64,000 nt of DNA from Mizuhopecten yessoensis (Eukaryota). The number at the start of each line of letters is the position of its first letter. The first letter of the stretch is position 1. The stretch is taken from contig NW_018407887.1 of NCBI RefSeq assembly GCF_002113885.1, positions 1 to 64,000 of the forward strand, given 5' to 3'. A program made the translations under genes and the position numbers. Positions 13,301-26,234 of this stretch are shown here, in pieces. Under the pieces are notes generated by a model. That model saw only the letters and a program-made list of their open reading frames with translations, did no database searches and was not told where the DNA came from.

Positions 13301-14719
13301 TTAGAACTTGAAAAGAAATTTACTTTGGCGAGAATATTGTTAAATAAGATCTCCTGAACTTGAGATATGTTTATCAACAATCATTCGGGATTAAATCCTT
13401 TTCATAAGATAACGTTATAAACATAAAGACCAGCACGGAAACAGGAGCGGTAAAGTGCACATAACAAATCAGTAATGCTTCATACCATCTTCTTATCTCT
13501 CAATACCAAAACAAAATAACATGTTCACCATTTCTGTTTCCTAAACACTAGCATTTGTGCTTCTAATAAAGACATATACAATGTTCTCATTTGGTAAGCA
13601 TTGTGGTTTGCATAGCCACCGTAATGCAAATAAAAATTATTTCGTTTGTCAGGATAAGACTTGTGTATGCTAATGTAGGTCAAAATCATCAAGTATAATT
13701 CCTGTGTATTTGCTACTGCTCATTTCATAAAAAGTACAGAGTCCCATATTTAAAGTTATCTCCATGCTATTGTAGAAAGGGTTTCTTTGATGTTAAAATG
13801 CATTGAAAGAAATCAAGCACGCAAGATTGATGGTGATTTAATCAAACACGATCGGGTAAAACTGTAAAAAAAGTAGCATATGCAATAACCCCAAACATTT
13901 GATTAACCAAACATTATGTAATTCTCGTTCATTTCGATTTATGATAATTATCGAAATATCAGGTATATATGATTTATAACGAGTGATTTTAACTTACATA
14001 CCGTGGTGTCACAATTTTTAATTATGTACATTACAAGGAAAGCGGTGCTTCATTTAATTATCAAGCATTGCAAGCTAACAAGATATTACAATAATAAATA
14101 TAATATCATAATAATAATAATTAGAAGTTCTTATAAATCGTTTTATCACAACCTAGTTCATAGGTCGTCTCAAAGCGGTTACACAAAAAATATTATCCGT
14201 GGTTATAGGGCCTTTGCAACCAGCCAATATATTTCTCAACTCCTGGGGAGCATACAGCCGGTGTTGCCATTTCAGCTCCCACAGCTAGCATTCAACAATT
14301 CTAGCACTGCTCAACCACGTACTCATTTACAGCTGAGTAGACTGGAACAAGCAGAGTAAAGTATCTTACTCAAAGATACAACACAGAGCCGTGCCGTGGC
14401 TCGAACCCACAACCCTTCGGTCACGAGCCCGCATCCTACCACTCGACTGTCATGCCTCCTATTAATTGATATAATTTTTCGTGAAGATATCTTTGTATTT
14501 ATGTTGATTAATTATTTTACAATGATTTACCGGCAGAAAAAATAGATGTGTGGCATTTCCATATTCAAAATGCATTTGTGATTCCCCCGATTTACAGGAA
14601 CAATTTATATTCATGGTACAAGTGCAAAGTAAGTAACAAAACATTTATTTACCTGTAGGTGCGCCATTCACAAAACAGGCAGCTAGTACCACACTCAGGA
14701 AAGCGATGATGGGACTCAT
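10320..14719 (-). CDS. C1qDC gene B, secreted single gC1q protein (~178 aa). Coding exons 14653-14719 (signal peptide) and 10320-10789
   Basis: Exon MSPIIAFLSVVLAACFVNGAPT-G|gtaaat (phase 1) joins tttgcag|GT AAT ACC ATT GTT GCT TTC (GNTIVAFSAGL...YNKVFTNIGGGYDVTTGNFKAPKGGVYAF...YATFSGYMI). Phases match; AATAAA near 10070. Confidence 0.9.
14108..14459 (-). mobile_element. tRNA-derived SINE (CORE-like central box, L2-type tail), in the intron of C1qDC gene B
   Basis: The reverse complement aligns along its length with 18686-19046: tRNA-like head GGAGGCA...GGTTCGAG, box ctttgagtaagatactttactc, tgtatgctccccagg, and (TTA)n tail. Confidence 0.85.
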
Positions 14720-15859
14720 ATTGTTCTGACTTGTGTTCTGTAAGATTTAAAATAAATTAGTTCTTTTTCAATCATTTATTATGTTACTCATACAGAACAA
14801 AACTATGTAGTCAATGAAAGAAATACGTACACCAAAGCAAACTAAAATAATGCAAGAATAAATTTAAACAATATCTCTTTATTGATACCATTATTATTTC
14901 TGTGTATTAATGTGATAGCACAATGAAACGTTATACTACATGATGACACGGTAACGAACATGAGTAGCCTCGTACCGGTTATGTCATATGAAAACCACAA
15001 AGTGTTCCTAATTTGCATAATAACATATTACAAAATTATGAAAATATGAATGTGATTGAACCTCTTATTTATTTCAGAGTGTTATATTGGTTCTTACAAA
15101 CTTATATCCATCAACAAGATCATATATTTCAGATATAATTCATCTATTTAGTAAGAAATAAACCATCTATTTAGTAAAGTATTTAGAGTAAAGGGGTTCA
15201 TTGAAAACACAAGTACTCAGAAACGAAATGCATTTAAACGTTTTGTCCTTTTGGTTTTATTAACGAGAAGAATTATCAGGGTGTATATTCTCATAATCAA
15301 CTTCGCATTGTTTAATAAGGTACGCAATAGCTAATCAATTCAATTTTTTTAAGTCATATGATTGTTATGGCCATATCATCTGTTGATTGCATATCATACG
15401 TAAAACAAGTTATATAGCCATCAAATGAACAAATGAAAAAATCAATATAATAAAGTTCTTATTGTGAAAGAAGATCAGTTAAACATTCAACCATAAGAAT
15501 GTTAAAAAAATATCCGAATGTTTCTGTACTTTATGGAAAACGTTGACCGTCGATCATTACATAATGCTAAACTTGCTGGAAAGCATTTTCTTCCTTTTAA
15601 GGATAACAAACAAACAATGTAGTGCAACGAAATTAAATGTATGAATTTGATGTATCCATATAAAATTGTGTTAATAGATGAGTAGCTGAAAAGTCGGCTA
15701 TAAAGACGTCTGACGTGTAACTGATCTGATGTAAGAGATATTACAATTCTTACACACGAAATGCTGGAAAAATTTAATCAGAGACAGATATTTATGATGA
15801 TAATATTATTTTGCAACACTTTGCAACTGGTAAAATATGAAAAATTACAAACTACCTAC

Positions 15860-15944
15860 CTTGCTGCGATCTGCACAGTGTTGTTACTTGGAGCTGCTGG
15901 AAAGCTCGGGATGACGACTCTGGGACAAGACGGACATTTAAATA
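15860..15944 (-). promoter_or_regulatory. Putative TATA box and non-coding first exon of C1qDC gene B
   Basis: TATTTAAA at 15944-15937, an Inr-like TCAT about 25-30 nt downstream, then a caag|gtaggt donor at 15860. The leader exon starts with an acceptor (ttacag| at 14737), so an upstream UTR exon is required. Confidence 0.6.
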
Positions 15945-18685
15945 CAAACGCATCGATAATTTTTTGTTAAGAGTGGGTGGGACAATTTCAAATTCCACAT
16001 ATTCTTTGACTACGGCAGGTTGAGACGTGACCGAAGAATGTAGGGGTAATTTTGACACATTATGCAGAATATGCAAAGTCTCCTCAGCTTGATTTGTACC
16101 TATTTGGATGCGTGCCGATATTAATCAAACTGATAATGTTTGCTTCTAATTTCACCATAACTGTAAATTTATCCTGGGGATAAGTTAAATACTAGATATG
16201 TGTAAAATTCCTTAATAATTTGGTAATTAAAATGTGTTAAAATTATATTTTCATATTGTATAAAGTTGAAATGTTAGAAACTCCCCGGGCTATAGACATA
16301 AAGCCTGTTGACACCGGTAACTAGACGACGGTCACCCGTAGCAAACGTTTTAGGTAAGGTGTAAGATATCAGACTGGAAAGACCTTTTTCAAGAGTTGTC
16401 TCGTGCCCAACTGACAAAAGTATTAAGTCTTTAAATTAATTTGATAACTAATACGTGATAGGTCCAGTGATTTTATAAGAATGCTGTCGAAATTGCAAAA
16501 TCAAATTTTGGAAACCATAGTCCACCTAACTCCACCTGTTTACCTGACAGTCTTACGGTTATGTTATGACAGATGTTTATTGTCACAATACTGAGGAGGG
16601 AATAAGCCAAGGGATTATTACAATTTACCAACGCCTTCTCCAACATGTACATTGTTATTCGGTATCATACCATAGTTACTGATTGAAAAGGATCGATATT
16701 TCAATATCAATATCAAACCTATTCTTAACAATACCTAATTGATATTCATATAATCATTATATAACGAATTTCGTTTTCTATCAAGATAAAGTATGTTTAT
16801 GTAAAAGTAAGTATATGTCTGGTTTCGAACCTTTGTTATTATGTAAAATTTGTCATCGATATAATATGACAAATATTGTTTGTTAATTATCTTTTGAATC
16901 AGTGAGTAAATTGAACATGAAATAATGAAATGGCATTACTTTGCCATAGCACTAATTGGTTCGACGAAATACTCATAATATTGTATACAAATTAAAACAG
17001 AACAAAACATAATATTCAATTTATAGTTTGATGATTTCTCATTTTTCAATAGATTTTACATATTTATTGATGCATTGCAAAGCAAATGAGGTGTCCATTT
17101 ATTACTTCTCAATGGTTTCGTTCCGTTTTATTTTTTATATGAAATTTATTTATTTATATATATTTTTTTTATTTTTCTAACATTACTTACTTTTTACTAT
17201 CTTATAAATGTATTTATATCATTTTATTCTAATTGTGCTTTTTTTCTTATAATAAGTATGGTTGATCCAGAAGACGAAATTGTTCCGTACACTTATATTT
17301 CTTATATGCTATTCAGATATGGTCAAATCCTTACTCGTTACGGTCATCCCATTGCTGTGGTTTATTTAGATTGGGATAGGAGTGTTCACACTGAATGTCC
17401 TACCTCTTCAAAAGATTGCATAATTTTATTATCATCTTAATGTGGTGACTGATAAAATTTAACATTGGCCGCATGCACTGATATGTTATAAATGAAGGTG
17501 TTTGTGTATTTAACATCAACAGAAAGCTACTTATAAATTCACGAGTTGGGATAATTTTACAGGTAGTCGACTATGTTTCTAAATAAATAAATCTTAGTTC
17601 GGGTAATACAAAGAACAAGTAAATGCCAAGAGCTGTGTAGTTTTATTGCTGATTGGCATGTGTACGTATAGCCCAACAGTCATAAATAGCATACGTGTCA
17701 ATCACACACTGTGACAACACATTACAAGTTGTGTTTTGTACGTTAACATTTAATAAGATTAGACTTTATAAACACTCGAGTTGAATAATTAGTTTGACAA
17801 TTTGTTTTTGCGTTCTGAAGATAAGACCTGACATTATCCCCTTTAATACAAGGCAGCTAGTGTGCAAATACAAAACAAACGCCATCACATTTGATTCAGC
17901 TGAAAAAATCTGACATAACTGACCATGTTACACAAACCCTGATTTAACAGAAAAAAATATATAATCAGTTGACATATCAAGGAAAGTGAAGAAAAGGCCA
18001 GATTATTGTCACAAAGAAGCGACGTGACAACTCATACATTATATCTGGTGATCATAAATGTGATGTTTGTACCATCCGGTCTGAAAGATACACATCTTAA
18101 GTATATCAGTTGTATGTATTTATGGTATTGTGATTATGAGTATAGGGTATATATTAAAGCCAAATAAAAAACTTTGTTACAACATCGAAGATAAAAAGAT
18201 AGACGCAAGTTGGTCAATGCTCTCTCATGTTTATTTGTTTGAAAGTTGTCCTTTTAGTATTACAAATGGCAACATCTTCAAACTAGTTTGTTAGTTTATC
18301 ACATGACTACCTTGATATGCAGTGGATTTTCTTTATCCTGTATAATGAAATGAAATTTGAAAAATTGAATTTAGACAATACATTGGACGTCATGACATTA
18401 TGACGTCACGTCGAATAGAATTACAAAAATATCAAAAATTGAACATTGAAAAACATGAAGGTGGTTCGAGAATATATTTCAAAATCTTTTAAACATCCCA
18501 TAGGTTATATTTCTTACATGAAACACGACTTTTAAATTTATAAACGCATAAAAGATGTCCTATGATATTTCAAATCGTATGAATACAAAACTCGCGTATT
18601 TACATGCAAAACACATACAGAATACTTCTATGAACCGATTGGTGAAATGTAAATAGAATTTTGATTTGGCTTATGACTTTTTGTT

Positions 18686-19046
18686 GGAGGCACGGTGGTA
18701 TAGTGGTAGGACGCCGGTCTCATGACCGAAGGGCTGCGACTTCGACTCACGTCAAGGCACTGTGTTGTATCTTTGAGCAAGATACTTTACTCCGCTTGTT
18801 CCAGTCTAAATAGCTATAAATGAGTACGTGGTTGGGTAGAGCTAGAATTGTAGAATTATAGCTGTGAGCGCCGAAATGGCAGCACCGTCTGTATGCTCCC
18901 CAGGGAGTTGAGAAAGATATTGACTTGTTGCAAAGGCCTTATAACCACGAATAATAATTTGTGAACCGCTTTGAGACGACCTAATGACAATGTTGTGATT
19001 AAGCGGTATATAAGAACCTCGGATTATTATTATTATTATTATTATT
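18686..19046 (+). mobile_element. tRNA-derived SINE, same family as 14108-14459
   Basis: A-box-like tggtatagtgg, B-box-like cttcgactc, ctttgagcaagatactttac box, tail ccgctttgag...aagcggtatataag, then (att)n. Confidence 0.85.
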
Positions 19047-20713
19047 GCTGTTTAGGAAATATATTTTGTTAAATATTGCAGATGCTTAGTTTAAGATTTA
19101 TTGCGTTTTAAGTTTATTTCGTAGTTTCGAATACAAAAAGAAAGAAAAAAATGCATATACATATGTAATTTTGTTTGTGCTTTTGAGTAATGAACACTGT
19201 ATTTCTATTTAATTGTTGAATACGTAAATACAAACTGCACCTCATTATCAAAGGTTGTGTAGTACATGTATGTTTGCTGATAGACATGCATATGTGTAAA
19301 CCACTAGAGGTGAATAACAAACATGTCAATTTTATCTTGTTACACTCATTGACATGACGTGAGATTTCGTAGTTCGCACGTTCACTGGTAAACATATATG
19401 ACTCTTGTTTTCATTATAACACTGGTATGTTGTCTTAACGATTTTTTAATGTTATGTAACAATGCTATACTGTTAAGACAATCATATTTTATTATCAACG
19501 TACGCAAATGAAACCATCTTAATGTTTAAGGTGGAGAATTTAGCAAACCCGGATACAATAATTCATGGAAGCAACTTTATGATTAGTTACCGGGAAAATA
19601 TAACGTGCATATTATTTGCGCATGTTTCAGTTCTTTGGCAAACAGTTCACTGTTTCACGCCCTATGTGAAAAGAGCAAAAAGGATAGCAGGAAATGCTCC
19701 AAAACCATGAAAAACGAGTCCTAGGCGGCAATAGTAATACTTGTGCATTCATGTATCTTTTAAGTTGCTAATGTGCTATTATTTTCCTTGTATAAAACTA
19801 AAACTAACCAATACTCTCTGATATTTGAAATCAACATAATTATGTGTTTTTTAAGCACCTGCCTGTTTGTTTCAAAAGTAGTTAAGACCAATTAAGTTTT
19901 CCACTTTTTGCCCCCTAGTATCACTAATGGGTCCTTAGACGAAACATCTTTACGGTACAGTGCAATTTCTTTTTGGCATACTGCATCTGCTACTAAGTTT
20001 TGATTTACAATTGTTGAAACTAAGTGATATCTGTTAGATAGTCATTTGATTACGTCGTAAATAAAACACGTTAACACACTTAATGCTTACGACTGTCAAA
20101 CCTTGGCAACCAATGAATGTTAACGACACTAACACATACTTTCATTGAAAGGTTGTGGTATATTTAATTTGTAAAAGGTTTATCTTCATTTGAAAATCGA
20201 TTAAGTATTTAAGGGATCAGTTTGTTATCAGACGGTGCATAAAAGCCAAATGTCTTTATATAACAGAGAAGGAACCAGACACAGCGATCGATAGAGAATA
20301 GTGTGCAAGGAAAGTGTCAGGCTAGTGTTTGCTTCTTAGTCTATGTCAGCAGGAGTTGTCGTTCTTAGTAGCCAAAATTGATACTTACTGTTGATAGGAT
20401 ACATTTACTATTAAGACAGGAGTATGTATATGGGGTGGGGCTTAAGGTGGCGGAGGGGACTAAACTAAAACTTATAATATATCTAGAAATATGTTCCATA
20501 CATAAACATATACGTAAACGTCCTTGCAATTAGCATATTACTTAACACGTTTTAAAACATGGGTTTATATAATAAATAAGGAGTTTACATGAACAACTAC
20601 AACATATATTTTTCTCACTAGATTTATTCAGATTGTTTTGTATTAATTCACTTGACCACACGTATTTAAGATGAATTCGTTATGCGTTATTACTTATTTG
20701 CTCGTATTACAAA

Positions 20714-20926
20714 TACTGTAAAATCATAAATTTTCGTTGGACATTAAATTTTGTTTAATTCGTGGATAACAAAAATCCACGGAAATTAAATCCCCACAAA
20801 AACATGAATTTGGTTTGATATCGATAGAAGAAAATCAAAAATCAGTGAAATATAATGTCCTTGAAACAGGCTTGTATATGAAAACCACAAAATTTTAACT
20901 CCACGAAAATGAAAGATTCTACAGTA
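20714..20926. mobile_element. Tc1/mariner-type MITE
   Basis: TA-flanked terminal inverted repeats: tactgtaaaatc...ttttcgt at the left and acgaaaat...gattctacagta at the right. Confidence 0.7.
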
Positions 20927-22000
20927 GTATAGAGCATCTTTTATGTTAATCGTTGATATTGGTATTGCGGCTAACACCTCAACCTCGTCCCGGTATGTGT
21001 TATGTCGATTATCGATCTCAATTAACTCGCACTCATGCTACACAACATATTTATTACAGACATAGGTCTGTTATGTTTTGTATTGTTTTACAGCCCTTCA
21101 GCAATGTAAGTCGTTTAGGCGCAAAAACGGCGTAAAATAAGACATCCAAAAAAATTAATACATCAGACTATAAACAAAAAGATTAAAGCGGTTAAAAGAA
21201 TACATCAATAGCATACTAATTGGTTGTCAAATATGTAATATGCTATTGTGAAGATGAACTGAGTGTGAATAATCATATTTTGATTGCACAGAAATTAGTT
21301 CAATTTGACATTGGAAAGATGCATTGTAAAACATTTTGTTTATATCAACATCAGAACAAGGTTTGTAATAGATATATGTTTCAGAAAAAGATATGTTTAT
21401 AAAGTGAAGCCAATATTAGCAGATGAAATCATTTTTACTCACTTGAATAGTACAACGTGTACATAACTTATATGTCTAATATCTGAACGAGATGACTAGA
21501 ATATTTAATTAGTTTGTGAACTTACGCGTAAATTAATTGCAATTTTAGTCTCAGAAATAAGAATAATGCTATATGAGTTTATGTATATTTATCTATTTTA
21601 TAATATAAACTGATATCTAAAAACGATGATTTCTTAGGGATTTTACACTTAAAGGGAGATAAGACAGTATGGTAATTTTGCCACTTTGAATTTCTGCTGA
21701 AAACTTTATTAACTTACATTTGCAGGTTGTCAGTTTCAACAGAAATTTACAACTATCGTTTTTTAATTTTCACAATCTTATTTTAAAATTCACTCATTTA
21801 TTTGCAACATTGTAGAAGTACCATTATAAGGAGACTTTCAATAGTTGATGTATTTAAATAATTTACATAAAATATGAGTATAAAAAGGAAATCATTAACT
21901 GATGCATTATAATCAAAAAATAAATAAACAGAATGATTTATAGGTAAGCAAGGTTTAATAAGCTGTATTTGAAGCTTTGGGGACATTTCCAATATAGCAA

Positions 22001-24475
22001 TCATGAATTTGATGGAAACAGAAGAAAACCGTTGAAAGTTGAATATACTTCGTCGGGCTGACCGTACACAAAGTTATCTCCCCTGGCCTGGATATACACA
22101 GCATCTCCTGTAACGTTCATAAAAATAACGTAAGAATTTATATGTATTTATTCTTAAAGGACTTTTGTTTGTAGAAACGGACGTAAAATCACGATACACA
22201 TGTACTATCAGAACCTACTGAATGTGACGTTACAATGGACAAACGAGACATCAAGCTTAGGTCAACCTCTTCGGTTGAAGTACATTGTACTTTGTCAGTA
22301 ATGTCGGTTGAAAAGATCTGTAGATTTGTTCTGTGGGCAATTTAACGTATTGTTACGTTTGTAATTTATTAAGCAGCCAATGACAAAGCGTGCTATAGAT
22401 GTGCATAATACATGTATGTGTGGCGTCATAGAGTAAGCATGTAATATCATTAAATCTTTATGACAAAAACGCATATACATATATTCGAAAAAGCAAAGAC
22501 GATGCATAATCGCATGATAGATAAGGGATAAGAAAACCTTTTTATCTTTTCATCATCATACACAGCTGAATTTACATTTTGAGAAAAAAACTTTCAATTC
22601 ATCTTATTTGAATTTCGTTTGGTAATTATAAAGCTCTGCTGTTACATCACAACATTACCTCTATCAATGGTTAGGACGACAGCATTGCTTGACGTGGCGT
22701 AATCATGAACTGCGTGCGCATATCCCGTTGCTATGTAATCAAGGTTATGGTAGAGATCAAGCCGGAGTGGCTGGTTGGATTGGGAAAGAGCGTGGAACAT
22801 GAACACGTAGGTCCCGCCTGTATGTTAAAAGTATACTCTATCAATTGGTTCATTAGTTCGTATTCCAACTGTTGCTGTTGTAACGGGAAAGGATAGTGTG
22901 TTTCGAATACCGATAATGTATAATTTTCCAACTTGTTGAATACTATTTTCATAACACTGAACATTATAAGATTGCACAGCAAAAATAAACTTGCTGCAAT
23001 TGAAAATGGCGACACAATGACTACTAAAGTGATCAATCAAGTGTCAAAAAGGTCACATTTTCGTTGGTGACATTTCGTTAGGCGCAGGAACTACACATTT
23101 TCAAAATGGCCACCGATGTGATAATTTGAAAAAACAAATATCGTAAAAAAGACCTGCAAACAGCAGACATTGACTTTTTGACACGTTTGTTAGATGCATG
23201 ATCAGGATTTTTTAAAATAAAAATGTGATAATATGTTAAATTTTAGAAAATACCATACCTTCTGAAATTATTTTTGTATTATACATTATTTTTTTTTTTT
23301 GGTTTGGGGAAGTCATTTCAAATCCTGAAACATTTATTTTTCATTTAAACTTTCTACAGTTATGAACATATGAGGGATTAAACTTTTGAGTGAAAGTTTA
23401 TTTAAGTAATAGACACGTAAACAACTAGATAATTAAATGGTGCTGTCTACTAAACAGCAAACGGATTCAGACAAACTGCAGAAACGATCCCCCATCTACG
23501 ATACCATCTGATTTGTATCCCTGTGTAACTTACCAAGAGGGGCCTTGAAGACTCCTGTTTGGTTGTTGTACCCGTTTCCTCCGTTCACAAACACTCTGTC
23601 ATACGTTACGTTGGTGGCAACATGTGACTGAGTCGTATTGGTAAGTCCGGCAGAAAATGCAACAACTGTATTACTGCTGCCGCCAGCTCTCCGAGAAGGT
23701 GGTGGAAAATAATTTGGGATATCTGTAATATTAGATAAAAAAATAAATAAAAAAACGATTCGTTGAGTTAGTACTTCAAATTATCTGAGTAATTGACAAC
23801 AATTGGAAGTGTCTTGAATCATATACATAATTTGATGGATTTGAATATAGATATACTAGTAAGGTCAGCAGTCCATGGACCGAAATGAGTAGTAATATGA
23901 GCGTGACCAACACCAATACAGAAGTCACGTTTGGCTCTCGCTTTATGTTTGTTTGGCGGTGGGTGAAAGGTTGAGTATGTCATAATGAAACTTGTATTTC
24001 TTTTTAAAATGTCTGTTTCATAATCTAAAGCTTTCAGACAAAAGAGACGTGCTATTTTTTTCTCCCAAAAGTCACAATAAATCCTTTCAGGTAGTTTGTC
24101 TCTGTGGTAATTGTTTTCTTGATCATTTTCACTCATTTATCTTTAGAAATAATCGTTAGTTTCCATTTTAAAATACACTTGATACCTAATGGATGTTTTA
24201 ATATTCAACGAAATCGGATTTGGTCATGACTGTCCCTGGTTTATATGTTTCAATCCGTATTTGCAGGAATATTTGGCTTTGAATTTCAACATATGTGAAA
24301 GTATTTTTCAACATTTCAGTTGTGATAGACAAACCAAACTGATTACAATGTAACATGGTTCCAGTTCATGTGTGTATAGGTACCTGAAAGTTGGACAGCG
24401 TGACTTACTTAAGGGTGTGAAACTTTCCGCACACACAAGACACGCAAGAAACGCGACTGCTGCCTTACAAATCAT
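22001..24475 (-). CDS. C1qDC gene C, secreted gC1q protein (173 aa). Coding exons 24409-24475, 23534-23722, 22659-22817, 22001-22107
   Basis: All junctions are GT-AG and phase 1. Translation: MICKAAVAFLACLVCAESFTPL/NIPNYFPPPSRRAGGSSNTVVAFSAGL...YDRVFVNGGNGYNNQTGVFKAPL/GGTYVFMFH...SSNAVVLTIDR/GDAVYIQ...YSTFNGFLLFPSNS*. Not represented in the ORF track. Confidence 0.92.
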
Positions 24476-25728
24476 CGTGTTCGGATGATGCCTGAAAAAT
24501 CACAAAATAGTTTTACTAGATTCATTGTTGTGTAGAACCCTTTGTCACATGACAGTTTGTGATCCGTTTTCCAGCTGTAAATAGGTTCAAACATTATAAA
24601 GATGTTAATGTATATCCAAAGAACCACAACAACAGAATGGATCCGCATTGTTCACAGGACAAGTACTCGACAATCAAGTGAATAGGTCTTGTTATGCATT
24701 AACCCGGTCAAACAGCTAACCGCTTGCCTTTTTTTGTCATGCAATATTTCCAAAGTTGTAGAAAATTGATGTGAATTTATTCTTCTTGTTATTATTATTT
24801 TTCTTTAATTTCAAAGATATGTAACATGAGGAAGGAGATTTAGAGGAATAACTGCTGGGTTGTAAGTTTTAAAACAAGCAAAAAGACATAGAAAAACTTG
24901 TTTTTCACAAGATTCGCAAAACGGTCTTGGTTAGAAAAGCGCATAAACTCTAACGAACTCCTCATTTGATACAGTCACTTCGCAGTTTGATATGGACATT
25001 CTTGAGCTCAATTAGTTCAAGTCAGCCTATGTATTATGACAAATGAACTCATGTTTTCTGTACCAGGATCAAACTTAATTATAAGCAAAAATCTACCATA
25101 TACATGCTCCTCGTTATCATGTTTTACACGGGGTTTTAAGCAGCTATTCCGTATTGATATAAATATCAGTTATCAGGTGTAAGGTATCAGCATATTTATA
25201 AACAATATTAGTAATAAAACATATAGTGAAATACGTATTCACAGTATATATATATTACTAGAGAAGAAATAACATGTTCATCTTATTGTTATAATGTATG
25301 TGTTTCGGTACCGACTGTTATCTTTGCTTAGTACATAGATAGGTATACATATGAGCTGTCTAAACTCATAAGCATAATTAATTCATAACTTTGTTTTGTT
25401 CAGGATTAAAAGTTTTCGCATCAGCTAGTCGTTTGCCGTTGGTGCTTAAGGGGACACCGCCAGAAAAGTAGTAAGAGCGAAAGGAAAGGGTAGATGTCTA
25501 AAATGTTGAAATGATTAAGCAGATCAGTTTTGATTTCTTCCGTGTAGACTAAATAGAATCCGAAAACGAACCCGATGCTGTAGGGGGCCATTTTTGTCGC
25601 CTCCTACGACAATATACAATTGAATACACAATTAGTTTAATTAGTATAAGTATTTTGTTTTCATGAACAGATGCAATGTTTTTTTTATATTTTAGCAACA
25701 CCATATTCCAAAATAGTGGAGAACTTAC

Positions 25729-25890
25729 CTGGAGTAGAAAGTATTATGGACCGATAAAAACCGGTGCGTAAGTCATGGGTCGTGTGAATTGTACAGCTGG
25801 GCGATAGGAGGCCATGTCAACATAGTAAAGATAGCCATACCGTCACAGAAGTTCAGCTTACGAACGGACCAAATTTAAAGGTATAAAAAT
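25729..25890. promoter_or_regulatory. Putative bidirectional promoter and non-coding first exons of C1qDC genes C (-) and D (+)
   Basis: Perfect CAG|GTAAGT donor on the - strand at 25729. Candidate + strand donors at 25881/25891. Locally CpG-richer than its flanks. Both leader exons begin with acceptors. Confidence 0.5.
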
Positions 25891-26234
25891 GTATGTTTAT
25901 ATATCTAACTTTTTTCACAAGTTTGCAAATTACTGAATTTGAATACATGCTTTATTTATGAGTGTTTGCAATTATCAATTAGAATAAGAATCAGGTATCA
26001 AACGCTCTCAGATAATAATCCATATTGCATATACTAGTCATTATTTGCCAGTTCAGTTATAAAGTGTATCTGTATGAACTATTGGTACAATTTGTATCTC
26101 AATCTAACTCGGAGGTAGATAAGTAAACGGCGCAGCAAAAAGTATTGTACAAAGTGTGATCATAATACTATAAAAATATTCTTAGTAACAAACACAAGAT
26201 ATTTCTCAAAATGTCTTATTTAATATAATTGCAG

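Noticed and set aside
18686-18760. tRNA gene candidates (also ~14390-14459, ~51745-51800, ~3238-3270)
   Set aside because: They are degenerate tRNA-like heads of SINEs or fragments without a complete cloverleaf.
21798-22004. Hydrophobic 68-aa ORF as a membrane-anchoring extension of C1qDC gene C
   Set aside because: Gene C stops at TGA 22003-22001. This ORF is in another frame within the 3' UTR.
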